64,000 bases of DNA, taken from positions 3,960,301 through 4,024,300 of the forward strand of contig CM119270.1 in the NCBI GenBank assembly GCA_051294375.1, in the 5' to 3' direction. The DNA is from Paraspadella gotoi (lineage: Eukaryota; Animalia; Chaetognatha). Each line of letters starts with the position of its first letter. Position 1 is the first letter of the stretch. Below are positions 27,284 to 40,200 of the stretch, one piece after another. Under the pieces are notes generated by a model. It saw only the letters and a program-made list of their open reading frames with translations, did not search any database and was not told the DNA's origin. The translations under genes were made by a program, and so were the position numbers.

Positions 27284-28331
27284 TGGGGACACACCATCTC
27301 GTAAAAAGATCAGCTTTTCCCAAATAGGTCACGCAAGGGAGATGGGAGGGAGGGGGATTTTATATGGCCAGTGAGGGGGCAAGGGCTTCCCTCTACGCTA
27401 AATAAGGAGGAGCGAAGGTTCTGAAAAATGTAGACGTTCACACCGAGAACTTGTTAAAAGTTGGAATATCCACAAAAAAAGTTTTTGAAAGCAAATTTTG
27501 GAGAAAAAGTTAAAGTGCTTCACAGGTAGCACATCGTCGGGGTTTCAAAACAAAGGCCGACCGCCAAACCCAATCCCAAATCAAACGAAACGAGAGTAAA
27601 GGTTATCAATAGGCTAAGTTGATTACACGTCGAGCTAAATCAGGGGGTTCACGATCCGCCAGGAGTTGATCTAGCACTCTCCATCCACTTGTACCAAAGA
27701 AGTAAGACAGGCTCTGACGCAGTAATAAACGAAGACTGTTTTGATGAAAAAGGTATGGACGCCTAGACTTATTGAGGGGGGTATTGGGGTGCCGACCACA
27801 AAATGCGCGCCAGAGGCGGACTTACGCACCAGGTGACGGAGTCTCTGCCACGTGAGGATAGACAGCTAAGCACGTTTCTACCTCCGACTTCAAATACAGC
27901 AGATGATATTAGTTCAAACAGGAGGGAGCTCCAAGCTCTTCGGTTGCGCTGCGACAAATGAGAACAGAGTTTGTCCAAGCGTCACAGGTTACCAGCATAA
28001 GCATCCAGCCGAAACGAGCTACCAAGTAATGACTGCTCGTGAATGGATCAACAAGGACCAGATGATCAAAGCGCTCAACTTTAAAATTCCCTAAAAAGCA
28101 CTCCAGATTGACAATAGGCATCTGACAGATTAAAAAAATGATGAAAAGAACCTTGTCTTCACAGACTGTTTCCAAAACCCCATAGAAGAATGGCCTATTA
28201 AATTGAACAAGCTGCTGATGGAATTTATGGTGGGGTACCTCCTCGCGAAGTGCTTCAGTAATCACCTGACAGACTTAAGGTGAACGAAGCATCCACACAA
28301 ACAAGGTTAGGACGAGGGGGGGGGGGATATA

Positions 28332-28347
28332 CCCGGATTCTGACACA
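28332..28347 (-). promoter_or_regulatory. Primer-binding site (tRNA-Leu-like)
   Basis: Minus strand reads TG(-)TGTCAGAATCCGGG, similar to the common Gypsy PBS TGGTGTCAGAAG. Confidence 0.55.
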
Positions 28348-28352
28348 AAAAG

Positions 28353-28826
28353 TGAAACTGGACGATGCACCAGTGATGCAGACGGGGTTTTTCCGTCAGT
28401 TTGCTCCACCCTTCTGAGCAGTATCTATAACGCAGGATTTAGTGAGTCTTTAGAGATCAAGAACTAGAGTCTAAGCAAAGGAAGCATCGGTTAACGATAG
28501 AAACAACAATGATCCTCTCAACGGGTAAGCTCGGCTATGGCCACTAATCATGAACAATTATAACCATATAAACTCTATAGACTAACCCTATAAACAAACC
28601 CCATGACTAACCCATGAAACAAACCCTATGAATAAAAACCCCGACGATGGGCCAACTATCATTAATCGATCTGTATGAAAAGTAGATCATGATTAATCCA
28701 AAGCAATGAAAATAACAAATCAAACTGTATTGTTTGTAGACAACATGGATTGTTTATATTTTTTAAACAGCATTACAAAAGGCGAATAAGAAACGACGGA
28801 TCATGGCGAGAGTTTGATGTCCAACA
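28353..28826 (-). repeat. Putative 5' LTR (~474 bp)
   Basis: Starts TG and ends CA on the minus strand, followed after a few nt by the PBS. TATA-like TATAGATA at ~28423-28430 and degenerate ~14-15 bp repeats at 28560-28642. The outer end coincides with the start of block B. No second LTR in the window to confirm it. Confidence 0.65.
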
Positions 28827-29139
28827 TACCTACCATTCATAAATAAATACATACACATAAGACATACATACATACATGTCATCCTGTTTTTTTCCTTCGT
28901 TATAGTTCAATGGTTTTCAACGAAACTTTGTGTGAGCTACAATATCAAATTTGAAACTTGGTATAATTAATAATTGCTTAATTTCATATGTCAAGGGCTT
29001 TTTTAAAAATTTTTGATTCAAAAAAAAAAATCTGGATTATATTTCAGAAATTCGACGTAAAATCAACGCGGAAAATAAGTACAGAAATTCATTGGGGCCG
29101 CCGACGCCCGCCGCCGCCGCCGCCCCGCCGCCGCGCCGC

Positions 29140-29177
<38 letters not shown>

Positions 29178-30156
29178 CGCCGCCACAGCCAACGCCGCTG
29201 CAGCAATCCGCAACCGCAACATCTTCCTACTCCGCTTCCGCCCGCTTCCGGCGCAGTCGCCGCTGCCGCTGCAGCCGCTGCAGCCGTCAACGAAGTCGAA
29301 GCTAAAATCGATTTTTTTGGGCAGAAAAATCATAATTGGCCGAGGCGGTTGGCGGTTAAGCCGCAGCGAGTCGGCAGAGGATCGGCAGCGTGTCGGAAGC
29401 ACGTCGGCAGAGAGTTGGCAGCGAGTCAGCACTGAGTCGGCATCGCCTAGAAATTGAGTCGGCGTTGAGAGTACAACCTGATGCAAACAGAAATTTAGGA
29501 AAGAAAAAGAAAGGATTTATACAATGTATATAATCTATGCAATGATTATGATTATTTATGTAATATATTATCTATTCAATAATTATGATTATTTCTAATT
29601 TAAATAAATGACAATACTACTTGTATTTAGTCTATCTTCTTTCGCAGCGGGAAGAATTGTGCTAATAATCAACTAAACAAAGTGGATCATTCATAAGTTA
29701 ATCTGACAATGTAATTTTTTCCGCTTATCCTTCGAAAGAAAAGAAAAAGAAAAAAAAAAAGAAATAAAAAAGGAAAACACTCTTTGGCAGAGAAATAAGT
29801 GGAGGCGAGAATCGGGGGAAAGAAAAACGTCGCTCGGTAAATAAGAAAAGAAAAGAAATAAATAATAAAACAATGAAAAGAGAAAAAAAAGCGAGAGAAA
29901 CGTCGACGAAAGAAGCAACAAAGGAAGTAGGCGTGGTTTATTAAGGGAGAAATAGGAGGAGTTTTATTGACATAAGAACAACTTGGGATGATGATAATTA
30001 ACATACAAAATATGATTATTAGAGAAAAGAAAGGCGGTAAACAATATAACAAATAGTCCATAAGGAGTTTGATGTTTGTTTCTTGAAGGTAAGTTGAAGA
30101 GTGATCTCGTTCCCTCTCTCGTTTCTCTGCCTTCGGTTTCCTGAGGGAAGCCTCTT

Positions 30157-30308
30157 CTCTGATTGGTCAATCATAAGAAAAGACGGAGAAGCCAAGAGAG
30201 GCAAGCTCTCTGATTGGTCAATCAGAAGAAAAGACGGAGAAGCCAAGAGAGGCAAGCTCTCTGATTGGTCAATCATAAGAAAAGACGGATAAGCCAAGAG
30301 AGACAAGC
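30157..30308. repeat. 51-bp tandem repeat, three copies
   Basis: Unit CTCTGATTGGTCAATCATAAGAAAAGACGGAGAAGCCAAGAGAGGCAAGCT. Noisy versions at 8790-8930 and 37715-37910. Confidence 0.92.
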
Positions 30309-30527
30309 CACTTGATAATCCATTCTCTGCGTTGGAAGCAAACCGGTCGATAGACGAACGAGAAAGGATTTTGCTTCGTTGACTCATTTGATTGATCATT
30401 TGTTTTATAAGATCAGAGCTTGGAGCCTCATAATGACGATCATTTCCATATTAAAGATTTATTCTCCAGAAACGATTGTAAGAACAATCATTACATACAT
30501 ATATACCAATTGTATGCCCCGTTTTAG

Positions 30528-30654
30528 CTAAAATGACTCGATGGCTAAGAGTTAAACTTAAAAACCTAAATTTAAAGACGTATTCAAAAGAAAGTCAAAC
30601 GGGCGAATGGTTAGACGGACAGACAGACGGTCTAAAAATTATTTCGCGAACCAG
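30528..30654 (+). CDS. Candidate exon in block B
   Basis: TTTTAG acceptor, CAG|GTGAGA donor, open frame KMTRWLRVKLKNLNLKTYSKESQTGEWLDGQTDGLK. Confidence 0.27.
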
Positions 30655-31542
30655 GTGAGAAAGAAAAACAAAGGAAACAGTGTTTAAATACCCAAATTGC
30701 GACCTACGTTGGTAGACAATGAAATACCTTATTCCAATTTTAAAAATACCATTCATTACGACATACGTGAATGTTGAATCTTATAAGATTTTCTGTTCTT
30801 CATCCGAAGGATTCGTTCAAAAGAATTGCATTCGAAATCAGAAAAATCAGAAGAATCAGGAAAAAGAACCTAAAGATATAAAAAAGGAGAAATGAAGAAA
30901 ACTCGAACGAGTTTCAACAGTCATTTCATTCGTCGAACTAAAAAAAAAAAACAACGTTTTTTCTAACATTTCTGAAATATTTCATACATTACATACATAC
31001 ATTATGAATAAACAAAACTGTGAGAGAGTCTTGAAAGAAAGCTTGCAGAAACCTGCTATGAGTTATTATCTTGTAAGTGTGATGGAGGCCTAAAACCACC
31101 AAAGTCAGGAACAAGATAGCTTATTTATTAAATGAATGGATAATTTTTATATTGGTTGTACCAATTTCATACAAAATTGATTAAATTTTAACCCTAACAC
31201 AAACTGGGCTGGACCACGGATTATGTAACCAACTGCTTCATTTTCTAATCAAGAATCCTTATCATTTTTGATACTTTTAATAAAAAAAAAAATGTGTTCA
31301 TTTTTTTGTCCATTTTGACTTTTGTCTTGAGATTTGAACGCCAAGATCGTTTGAGAAAATTGTTTACCTTGGCTTCCGGGTCCTTTTGCTCGGAGTCGGT
31401 TCATTTGCCGTTGGTCATCTATTGTTTGCCAACTGACATAATTAGGTCAACTGGCATAATTTGGCAACCGACATAATTTGGTCAATTGGTATAATATGGT
31501 AAACTGATGTAATTTGGTCAAGTGATGTAATTTGGTCAACTG

Positions 31543-31625
31543 TTTATTTTTTTAATTTATTTTTATTTCATTTCGATTTGTTTTCATTTCTTGTTGTTTT
31601 GTTGACTCCAGGACTCCGGATTTTC

Positions 31626-31699
<74 letters not shown>

Positions 31700-34508
31700 G
31701 TCTCTCTCTCCGTCCCTCTCACTTCTAATTCGATTAAAATTTTCTCTTATCCACCAAAAAATTCAAAGTTGAGTCAAGTATCTCTCGATCATCATATCAT
31801 TTTAATTTTTTAAAAAACGATTTTCTCGGATAAAATGTGATACCTTTTAACCGTTTTATTTTTTTATATAATTGGAAACTGAGAACAAAATATAATAAAA
31901 TCCAATAAAAGAATAATTAAAATTAAAAAATGAAGGAAAATAAAAGAATAATATAAATAAAGAAAAAAAAATAAATAGATAAAAATAAGGTAATTATAAT
32001 AATTAAAAGAACGGGCTTAAAATTTTTGTAACTCACAGTGCGATTCAAAATTTTCCAAAGGTTTAAATTTTTCAGGTCTTTAAGGCGGGCCACTGGTTCG
32101 GAATTTTTTTTTAAGGGGGCAAAGATTCAGTCGGAAAAATAAATTTTTAGGACCTTCTTTTGCTTGCTGGAGATTTAGAGTGACTGATGTTTTGCCTAAA
32201 AGCGAAAGGATGAGCTTACTTGGACTGAATAGAGAGAGGCAAGGGCAAAGAGAGAGAGGAGAGAAGAGAGGAGAGACGAGAGAGAAGAGAAAGAACGAGA
32301 GAGAGTATATGATGGAGACACGCGACACCAGTCCTGAGAATGGCAGGATGGAGACCGCCAATAAACCGCTCGTTCGTTATCTCTCTTGCATATACAGTTG
32401 GCTGCTCTCTGATCGCAGTGCCTCACTCGCGCTCCCCCAGAATCTCTGAGAAAAGAGGAGTTTGTTTCATTGTTTGAGTCGTTGGAAGGTGTTAAAAGTG
32501 TTGGGGGAGAGGTTTTATCATGAGGCTCGGAACTAAGGAATGTTGAGCTCATGACTTCGGTTTCGGTTCCCATCATGCAGCACCACCTCATCTCATCCAC
32601 CTAACTCCTCGCACTCCCCCCGCGATCCGGACCTCGGTTTGATAAATCTAAACAGTTTATGATAAATGTAAAAAAATATTATTATGTTTTTTATTATTAG
32701 TAAATTCAGGAGATTAATTCATTCAAATTAAATTCTCCAAATTTAACTTTTTTTTTTTTGTTTTACTTTTCATTCAAAACCCGACGAAATCTCACAAAAT
32801 ATTTTAATTTAAAAAAGTACAAGTAAAGAAAAGCAGCTTTCCCGTTACGGCCTAATAGTTGGTATTTTAAATAAAAGCTTAACCGAGAAATAATTTTGCA
32901 ATTACATGTTTTAACAGCTTAATTATGGTATTTAGAATAAAAGCTTTAACCTGAGAAATAATTTTGCAATTACATGTTTTACAGCTTAATAGTGGTATTT
33001 TAGAATTAAAAGCTTTAACGAGACAATATAATTTTGCAATTACATAGTTTTAAGAAGTAATTTTGTCCCGGCCTCTGATATTAATTGAAGAAAGACGCCT
33101 ACAACAACAAAAACGCTTACCAAAAACTAAAATACAATAACCCCAAAAACAACAACCAAATACATAATATAAGAAAAACAATCAATCGAAATAAACAATT
33201 TGACAGCAACTGACGTTGTGTTTCATTATTCTTCTTTCATTTTTCACGTCAAGCGTCTCGCCACTCCTGCCCCTCACTACGCCACTCCGCCACTCGCACT
33301 CGCCACTCGCCACTCGCCACTCGCCACTCGCCTCCACTCGCCACTCGCCACTTTCACATTTCCAAATCTAGAATCTGGACTGGGCAAACTAGTTCACAAT
33401 TCCAATACACCATTGCATGTCTGTCCGTCCTGTCTGTCTGTCTCGCACAGTACAAAGTATCGTTTCGGTCATTCCATAATTGTGGGAAAAGAAGCCATTT
33501 TGTGCCAAATTTAGGCAAGCGATGGCATAGATGGAAATGGCGGAGGAAGCAGATGGCCATAACTTGGCCAGTTGGCCTTTAACTCTAATTCTTGGCCCAT
33601 TGGTGGCAAAAAAAAAAAAAAAAGGATAATTCGCATGATTTAGACGGCGAAGAAGAATTTTTCACTCCGAGACGCAATTAACGCGTCGACCGGGGAACCG
33701 CTCGCGCCATAGCTTGACCCCGTGGCCGCCGAAGACGCTGGCGCTGCCGACGCTGGCCGACACGGCTGCCGATCGGCTGCCAGGGGCTTGCGATGCTGCA
33801 GGTGCTACCGACGCTGCTGGTGCGCTGCCGACCTCTTGCCGACTACCGACGATAACACCAACACTCCCGACCCAGTTAGGCTGCCAACGCTTGCCGCACC
33901 GCCAGTCGAACCCTGGCCTGAGGTTACCCTTCCAGACCCCCTAATACGATTTTTGCTTTCTTGCCGCCGCCGCTCGCGCCGCCGCTTAGCCCCAAAGACC
34001 AGGGTCGCATGCAGCAACCGCTTTTTGCCCCCTTTTCCGCAACGTCGACGCTGCAGAGCCACGCTGTTTATTCTCAGGAAAACAAACGGCCAAACAAAAT
34101 CCGCTCATTCAATCCTGTTGCGTCATCTTTGGCCAAAACATCGGACATATCCATAACAACTTTAACGTTTAAAAGACCAGCCAAGGGAGCGCTTCGTGAA
34201 CTTATTTTTTGTGAATAATCACAACACAGTCACAACCACATTATCACAATCATCACGACAACCAATAGTGCATAAACGTCTTTCCTCTAATAAATTATAA
34301 GGACTGAAGATTCTGTAGCCACATCAACGCCATCACATTTCCTTCTTCATTTATCCTTGCCACAACCAGCCCTATCCACTACATCACCAGGCCGTCTAGC
34401 CCCAGCCAATTAAAAGCCGCGGCAGGAATCCCGACCCACTTAATTCACAAGACGCACATCCCTACTGAGCAGTCAAAACTCGACCCCGCATCCGAAGGTC
34501 ATCATCTG

Positions 34509-34541
<33 letters not shown>

Positions 34542-34819
34542 CTCTTCTCTCTCTTCGTCTCTGTCTCTCTCCTTTCCTTTTGGAGTTATTTTTAATTAAT
34601 CAGATCCCAAGACAAGAGCCACTGTTCTCTTCTCTTCTCTCATCTGTTTTTTTTTTCTTTTTTTTTTTTTTTTTTTTGCTCCTCGCAATCAAATTTTCTA
34701 TCTTTTTTCCATCAGTTTTCTGACTTGATCCTGTTCTCTTCTTATTTCTTTTTATTCTCTCCTCTTCCTCTCTCTTTCCCTGCTCTCTCATCTTCTCCTT
34801 CTCTCTCTCTTCTTCTCTC

Positions 34820-34852
<33 letters not shown>

Positions 34853-36334
34853 CTGCCCCCTTTGATCTTCCGCTTCTTTCCCACCAGAACTTTCGCTTGT
34901 TTGTTTTGTTTATTTTCCCGTTCTATTTTATTTGACTCATCGAACGGAAAAATGGCAGTGGATTTCGATTACGGGAATTTTCAACAATGAAATTGAAACT
35001 CACAATAATTTACCCACTGAATTTTGGTGTGATGGAAATCGTGCGCGAAGTAGGAAAAGAGTTTAAATGGAAAGAACAAAAAAATATTATATTCACTATT
35101 TTCAACGCCAATTACTCAATGAGCTGGATGGGACGATTGATAGCTAATAATCTATTCTATTCAATCAATCTTATTCCATTCCAAATTTAATTAGATTATT
35201 CTAATTCAATCATCAATCTCAATTTCAACTTGTGTTATCGGAATTATTTGTCGTCGCCCGCCCATTTCATCGATCGTCGTTTGTTTTTATCTTCAGGTAC
35301 AGTTCGGACAAAAAGACCTTAAATAAACAAACATTTTTGGATCAAATTAACTTATATTATTCATTAATTAACTGGCTAATGAAATGAGTTTAAAGGAAAG
35401 AAACAAAAGTCATAATTCCTTTGAAGCTTTTTTACTTATATTTACTATATATTATTATTATTTAAAATTGTGATAGAAAATTGAAATTGAAATTTTGATG
35501 TCTGGTAATAATGCGTAGTTGAAAGTTAGCATACGAAAAATCTCTAAAAGTATTATGAACAACGCATTACCATCAAGTGAACATTAATTTGTAAAAAAAA
35601 TTAATTGTTTGCCTTTTTAATCTTTCGCAGTAGGCTATCTATTTAACTATAAGTACTATCCTTTATAAATCGAAAAATTTCCACAAATAGGCCTTTTTCT
35701 TAATTTTGATTGCCAGATTTGAATTCCTCGTTCTATAAAATGTTGCATTAAAAGAAATATAAATCATTTTAAAAATTCTTTCATTAGTGGGTAAAAATTA
35801 AAAAAACAACTAATTTAAATATTAAAAAGTTAATTTCAGCTTTAAACATATAGCCTTTTTCCTAATTTTTTGACCCATCTTTATACTGACAGCGAATTTT
35901 TTCAAAAAGAGTGTATCATTTCTTTTTATCAACTTTTATGACGGAATCCGAGATCGGCAAAACAAATCTTTTTAAAAATTGGTTTTGAAATTTTAACATT
36001 TATTGGTAGTACTAGTATAAAATATGGCTACTGCATAAATTAATTTTTATAAATTTTATTATATAAAATGTTCATAGTTATAATGTCGTCGTTCCTTACT
36101 TTAGAATTTTAATTAAAGTTAAATTTAGAAATTTTACTACGCCTTAGTGGTTAAAAACATTGAGAATAAGCTGGAATATAATTTTAAGCAGTTTGACCCA
36201 AATTTATGTCGGTTGCCAAATTATGCCAGTTGACTTAATTATGTCAGTTGACCAAATAAGCAGTTAACCAAATTATGCCAGTTGGACCATTTTATGCCGT
36301 TGATCCAAATTATACCAGTTGACCGAATTATGCC
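31543..36334 (-). repeat. Inverted partial copy of block C plus the B-C linker
   Basis: 31543-35245 is the reverse complement of ~10235-13560 (for example TCGCCAC versus GTGGCGA arrays). 35245-36334 is the reverse complement of 36360-36720 with a MITE inserted. Confidence 0.92.
35506..36149. mobile_element. Non-autonomous TIR element (MITE), CACTA/CMC-like ends, copy 1
   Basis: Right end TTTTACTACGCCTTAGTG (reverse complement CACTAAGGCGTAGTAAAA), left end tAATAATGCGTAGTTGAAA. Empty site at ~36470 and ~41120. Confidence 0.72.
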
Positions 36335-36359
36335 NNNNNNNNNNNNNNNNNNNNNNNNN

Positions 36360-37204
36360 TTGCTTAATTTGGTCAACTGACATAATTAAGTCAACTGGCA
36401 TAATTTGGCAACCGACATAATTTGGTCAACTTGCATAAAAAATTATATCCAGCTTATTCTCAATGTTTCTTACCCACACATAAAATTTCATTTCAATTTA
36501 TCTATCAAATTTTTAATAAATATAATAATTATTAGTAAATATAAGTAAAAAAGCTTCAAGTAAATATGACTTTTGTTTTTTCCATTTAAACTCATTTCAT
36601 TAGCGTTAATTAATGAATAAATTAATTAATTTGATCCAAAATGTTTGTTTTTAGGTCTTTTTGTCACTTACCAAGATAAAAACAACGACGACGATGATGG
36701 CGGCGACGACAATAATTCCGATAACAATTGAATTGATTGATTGATTGATTAAATAATNNNNNNNNNNNNNNNNNNNNNNNNNNNNNNNNNNNNNNNNNNN
36801 NNNNNNNNNNNNNNNNNNNNNNNNNNNNNNNNNNNNNNNNNNNNNNNNNNNNNNNNNNNNNNNNNNNNNNNNNNNNNNNNNNNNNNNNNNNNNNNNNNNN
36901 NNNNNNNNNNNNNNNNNNNNNNNNNNNNNNNNNNNNNNNNNNNNNNNNNNNNNNNNNNNNNNNNNNNNNNNNNNNNNNNNNNNNNNNNNATATATTTTTT
37001 TGTTTTTTCCATTTAAACTCTTTTCTACTCGCACGATTCCATCACACAAAATTCAGTGGGTAATTATTTGAGTTTCAATTTCATTGTTGAAAATTCCCTA
37101 ATCGAAATCACTGCCATTTTCGTTCGATGACGTCAAATAAAATAAACGGAAAATAAACAAAACAAACAAGCGAAGTTCTGGTGGGAAAGAAGCGGAGAAT
37201 CAAA
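36360..37204 (+). repeat. Fragment of B-C linker and start of block C, between two 25-N gaps
   Basis: Matches ~10240-10600 and ~41000-41885. Confidence 0.88.
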
Positions 37205-37229
37205 NNNNNNNNNNNNNNNNNNNNNNNNN

Positions 37230-40200
37230 AACGAGAGGGAGGACGAGGCGCGAGGATGCAAATGTTGCAAAACTTTTATTTTTTGAAATATGTTGTAAGT
37301 ATGTGTATTTTCGTGGATATCTCAAAGTCAGAGAGAGTAAATGTCTTATGAAAAGGAGAGGATGTTTTCATATGAACATACACGAGAGAGGTCTTGGGAT
37401 AGATGATAATGATACATAATTATTATAAATAATGATTTATTTTTCTAAAGTAGTATGTATTGAATATGTAGAAAAGAGCGTGGGTTAAATAAAAAAAGAA
37501 ACCAAGTATATATATAAATAAAAAAAACATCACAAATGTCATCATGCCATAATGGAGTACATCAGATGTTGTCTTCTTGGAGAGAGGTCAAGTTGAAGAA
37601 GGATTGTGTATATCGTCGTTCCTCGTCAGTTTTGGTTGAACTTACTTGTTTTTACTGCTAGACTTAAAAATCCAGGAATTTCCTATGCAAAATTTGTGAT
37701 AGAAATATTAGCTTGACTTTGGTCAATAATAAGAAAAGACGGGTAAGAAATTGGCCCTAAGAGCGAGAATTGCTAAGGCTATCTGAATTTGGGTCATGCA
37801 GGGAGGAGAAAAAGAAACGCGAGAAGCCAAACGAGAGGGACAAGACTTCTGTCATGATTTTGGTCAAGTCGATTCGACATAGAAAAGACGGAGAAGCCAA
37901 GAAGAGACAAGCCACTTGATAAATCCATGTCTCTGCCGTTTGGAACGAAGAAACCGGTCCGATATGTACGAACGTATGAAAAGGTATTTTCTTCGTTGAC
38001 CTTCATTTGAGCTTGAATCATAATTGTTTTAGAAGATCCAAAGAGCTTGGAGCCAGTCATACATGACGATGCGCATTTCATATTCAAAGATTTATTTCTC
38101 CAGGAAACGATTTGTAACGACAATCATTGTTATCAACTAAATATAAATAATGCGCAATCTCGTATGTCCCCCGTTTTAGCTAAAGATTGACATCCGATGC
38201 TGCGCTGAAGAGTTTAAACCTTAAAAACCGTACAATTTAAAAAGACGCGTATTCAAAAAGAAAGTGCAAACGGGCGCGAATGGTTAGACGTCGAGACAGA
38301 CAGAACGGTCTAAAATTATTATCGCGAACCAGGTGAGAAGAAAAACAAAGGAAAACAGTGTTTACAAATAACTCCCAAATTGCAGACCTGAGTAGATTGC
38401 ATACGTTTGGTAAGATGCAATGAGAATATGCCACCAGATTATACCAATTATTAAAAAAATACGCCAATTCAAAGCTACGTACAAGTCATGAGAACGTGAA
38501 ATGTTGAATCCTTATAATAAAGATTTTCTGATTCTTACATCGACGAAACGGGATTCGTTGCAAGAATTGCATTCCGTTAAACAAAAGAATCTATTTAACA
38601 TTTATATGCAATAGAGTAATAATATTTATATTTGTTTTTTTTTTCTTCTATTTTTTTTCTTTTTTAGCTCTGTTTTCTTCTTCCGGGATATTTTTTTTTA
38701 ATGTTTCCTGCATCCCTGCTCCCCCCGTCCAGGTTTGTTGAAGGCCTGGTGGATTCCTGCGCGACCAGCTCACCAGCAGGGAAGAAAAAGGTCGCGCGCA
38801 ACATCTTCTCATGTCTGATCATTTGGAAAAAAATGTTTTGCACTTAGAAGGAGAAGAGAAAAAAAATCTGAACGGAAGCAAACGCAGAGAAAATGAAAGA
38901 AACGGAATTATAGAGAAGAAAAGAAAAGAAAAGAAAGAAAGAGGAAAAAGAAAGAAAAGGAAACGAAAAGAAAGAAAAGAAAGAAAGAAAACATATTTCC
39001 TGGCGAAGATATTTTAAACGCTTACATATTAGGTACGCAATATCCAGTAGGCGATTAGTCTTATCATGCTGATTTGCAGAAAAAATCAGAAGTAATCAAG
39101 GAGAAAAGAACTAAAGCTATACAAAGGACGAAGATATAAATGTAGAAAACTCGAAAGGAGTTTCAAATAAGTGCATTTCATCTGTCGACACTATATAAAA
39201 AAAAAAACTAAACGTTATATTTATTTCTAACATTTTCTGGAAAATACTTCTTCAGTTTACATAACACTGCAGCAGTATGCATGGTAGTTGGCGCATTGCC
39301 TACGGGTTCACAGGCCGCCTGATTAAGCATGAGACTGCCACTTATCAGTTGTGAACGGTGAGCGATCATTGAGAGTGAAAGAGCCATCAGCCATCATGAC
39401 CCACTGGATTACCCTGCTACTGGAGTTCAACTCGCCAAGCAAGCCTGTGTCAACCGTACCGTTGGCCGGGAAGAAAATGCACAGGAGCCAGAAGACACGC
39501 AGTAAAATGTGAACAAAGCCGACGCTTGGGGGAGAGATGTTGTTGCAAAAACCCATCCAAACGCCTTTGTAATCGCAAGCCAAGAGACAAGAGGTCCGTA
39601 TCCACAATTGTTTTGCTAGCAGGGGGGTTACTTATAAGTTTACGGATAGTCTATCTTCCACGCGCCGCTAGCTTAAGCGCACAAATCATTATCCACCACC
39701 TGTGTCGAAACCGAGCAATTCCTGTCGAGCGTGGATTCCTAGACCTTTACAGCAGATGAGCATCCATAGGCTCCATGGACAGTGCTGAAAGATTGCTTCA
39801 TCCTCCCTCTCCAGCTCCACTGGAAAGCAGTGACAGGGTGGGATTACACAATCTGGGAGGAGCATGTAAGTTGAGGAGGCATCTGCTAGGTTCACTGCAC
39901 CGCCTATAAGCATGACTTTCTTTCAGTTGTGGAGCCGGCGGTGGCCATCATTGAGTAAAGCCATCAGCTATCAATGACGCTGCACTAAGGATACCCTGAC
40001 ACGGGTTCAATCCAACGCCGGTACCATACACTTGCGGGAAGAAGTGAGAGAAGCGGCGCGTCAAGGCGCGCCTTAGGGGGCCTGTGCAAAAGCCCTCAAA
40101 GCCTGGTATTCACAGAAGCCCAGTGACCGCGTTCCTAATAGTCTGCAATAGAAGGGGGTTATAGAAGATTGCGGATAGTCATGCTGCAGGCGCCAAGCTT

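Larger units (their letters stand above)
25810..28826 (-). mobile_element. Ty3/Gypsy-like LTR retrotransposon, 5' part (LTR, PBS, gag, protease), truncated before RT
   Basis: Minus-strand order is LTR (TGTTGG..GTTTCA), PBS-like TG-TGTCAGAA, gag motif, Arg/Ser/Asp-rich gag tail, then a retropepsin DTG motif. Absent at the equivalent A-B junction (~7430). Confidence 0.85.
28827..31542 (+). repeat. Block B, copy 2 (directly abuts the Gypsy LTR)
   Basis: Matches 7432-10230, including the (GCC)n tract, the 51-bp repeat and GGGCTGGACCACGGATTATGTAACC. Confidence 0.92.
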
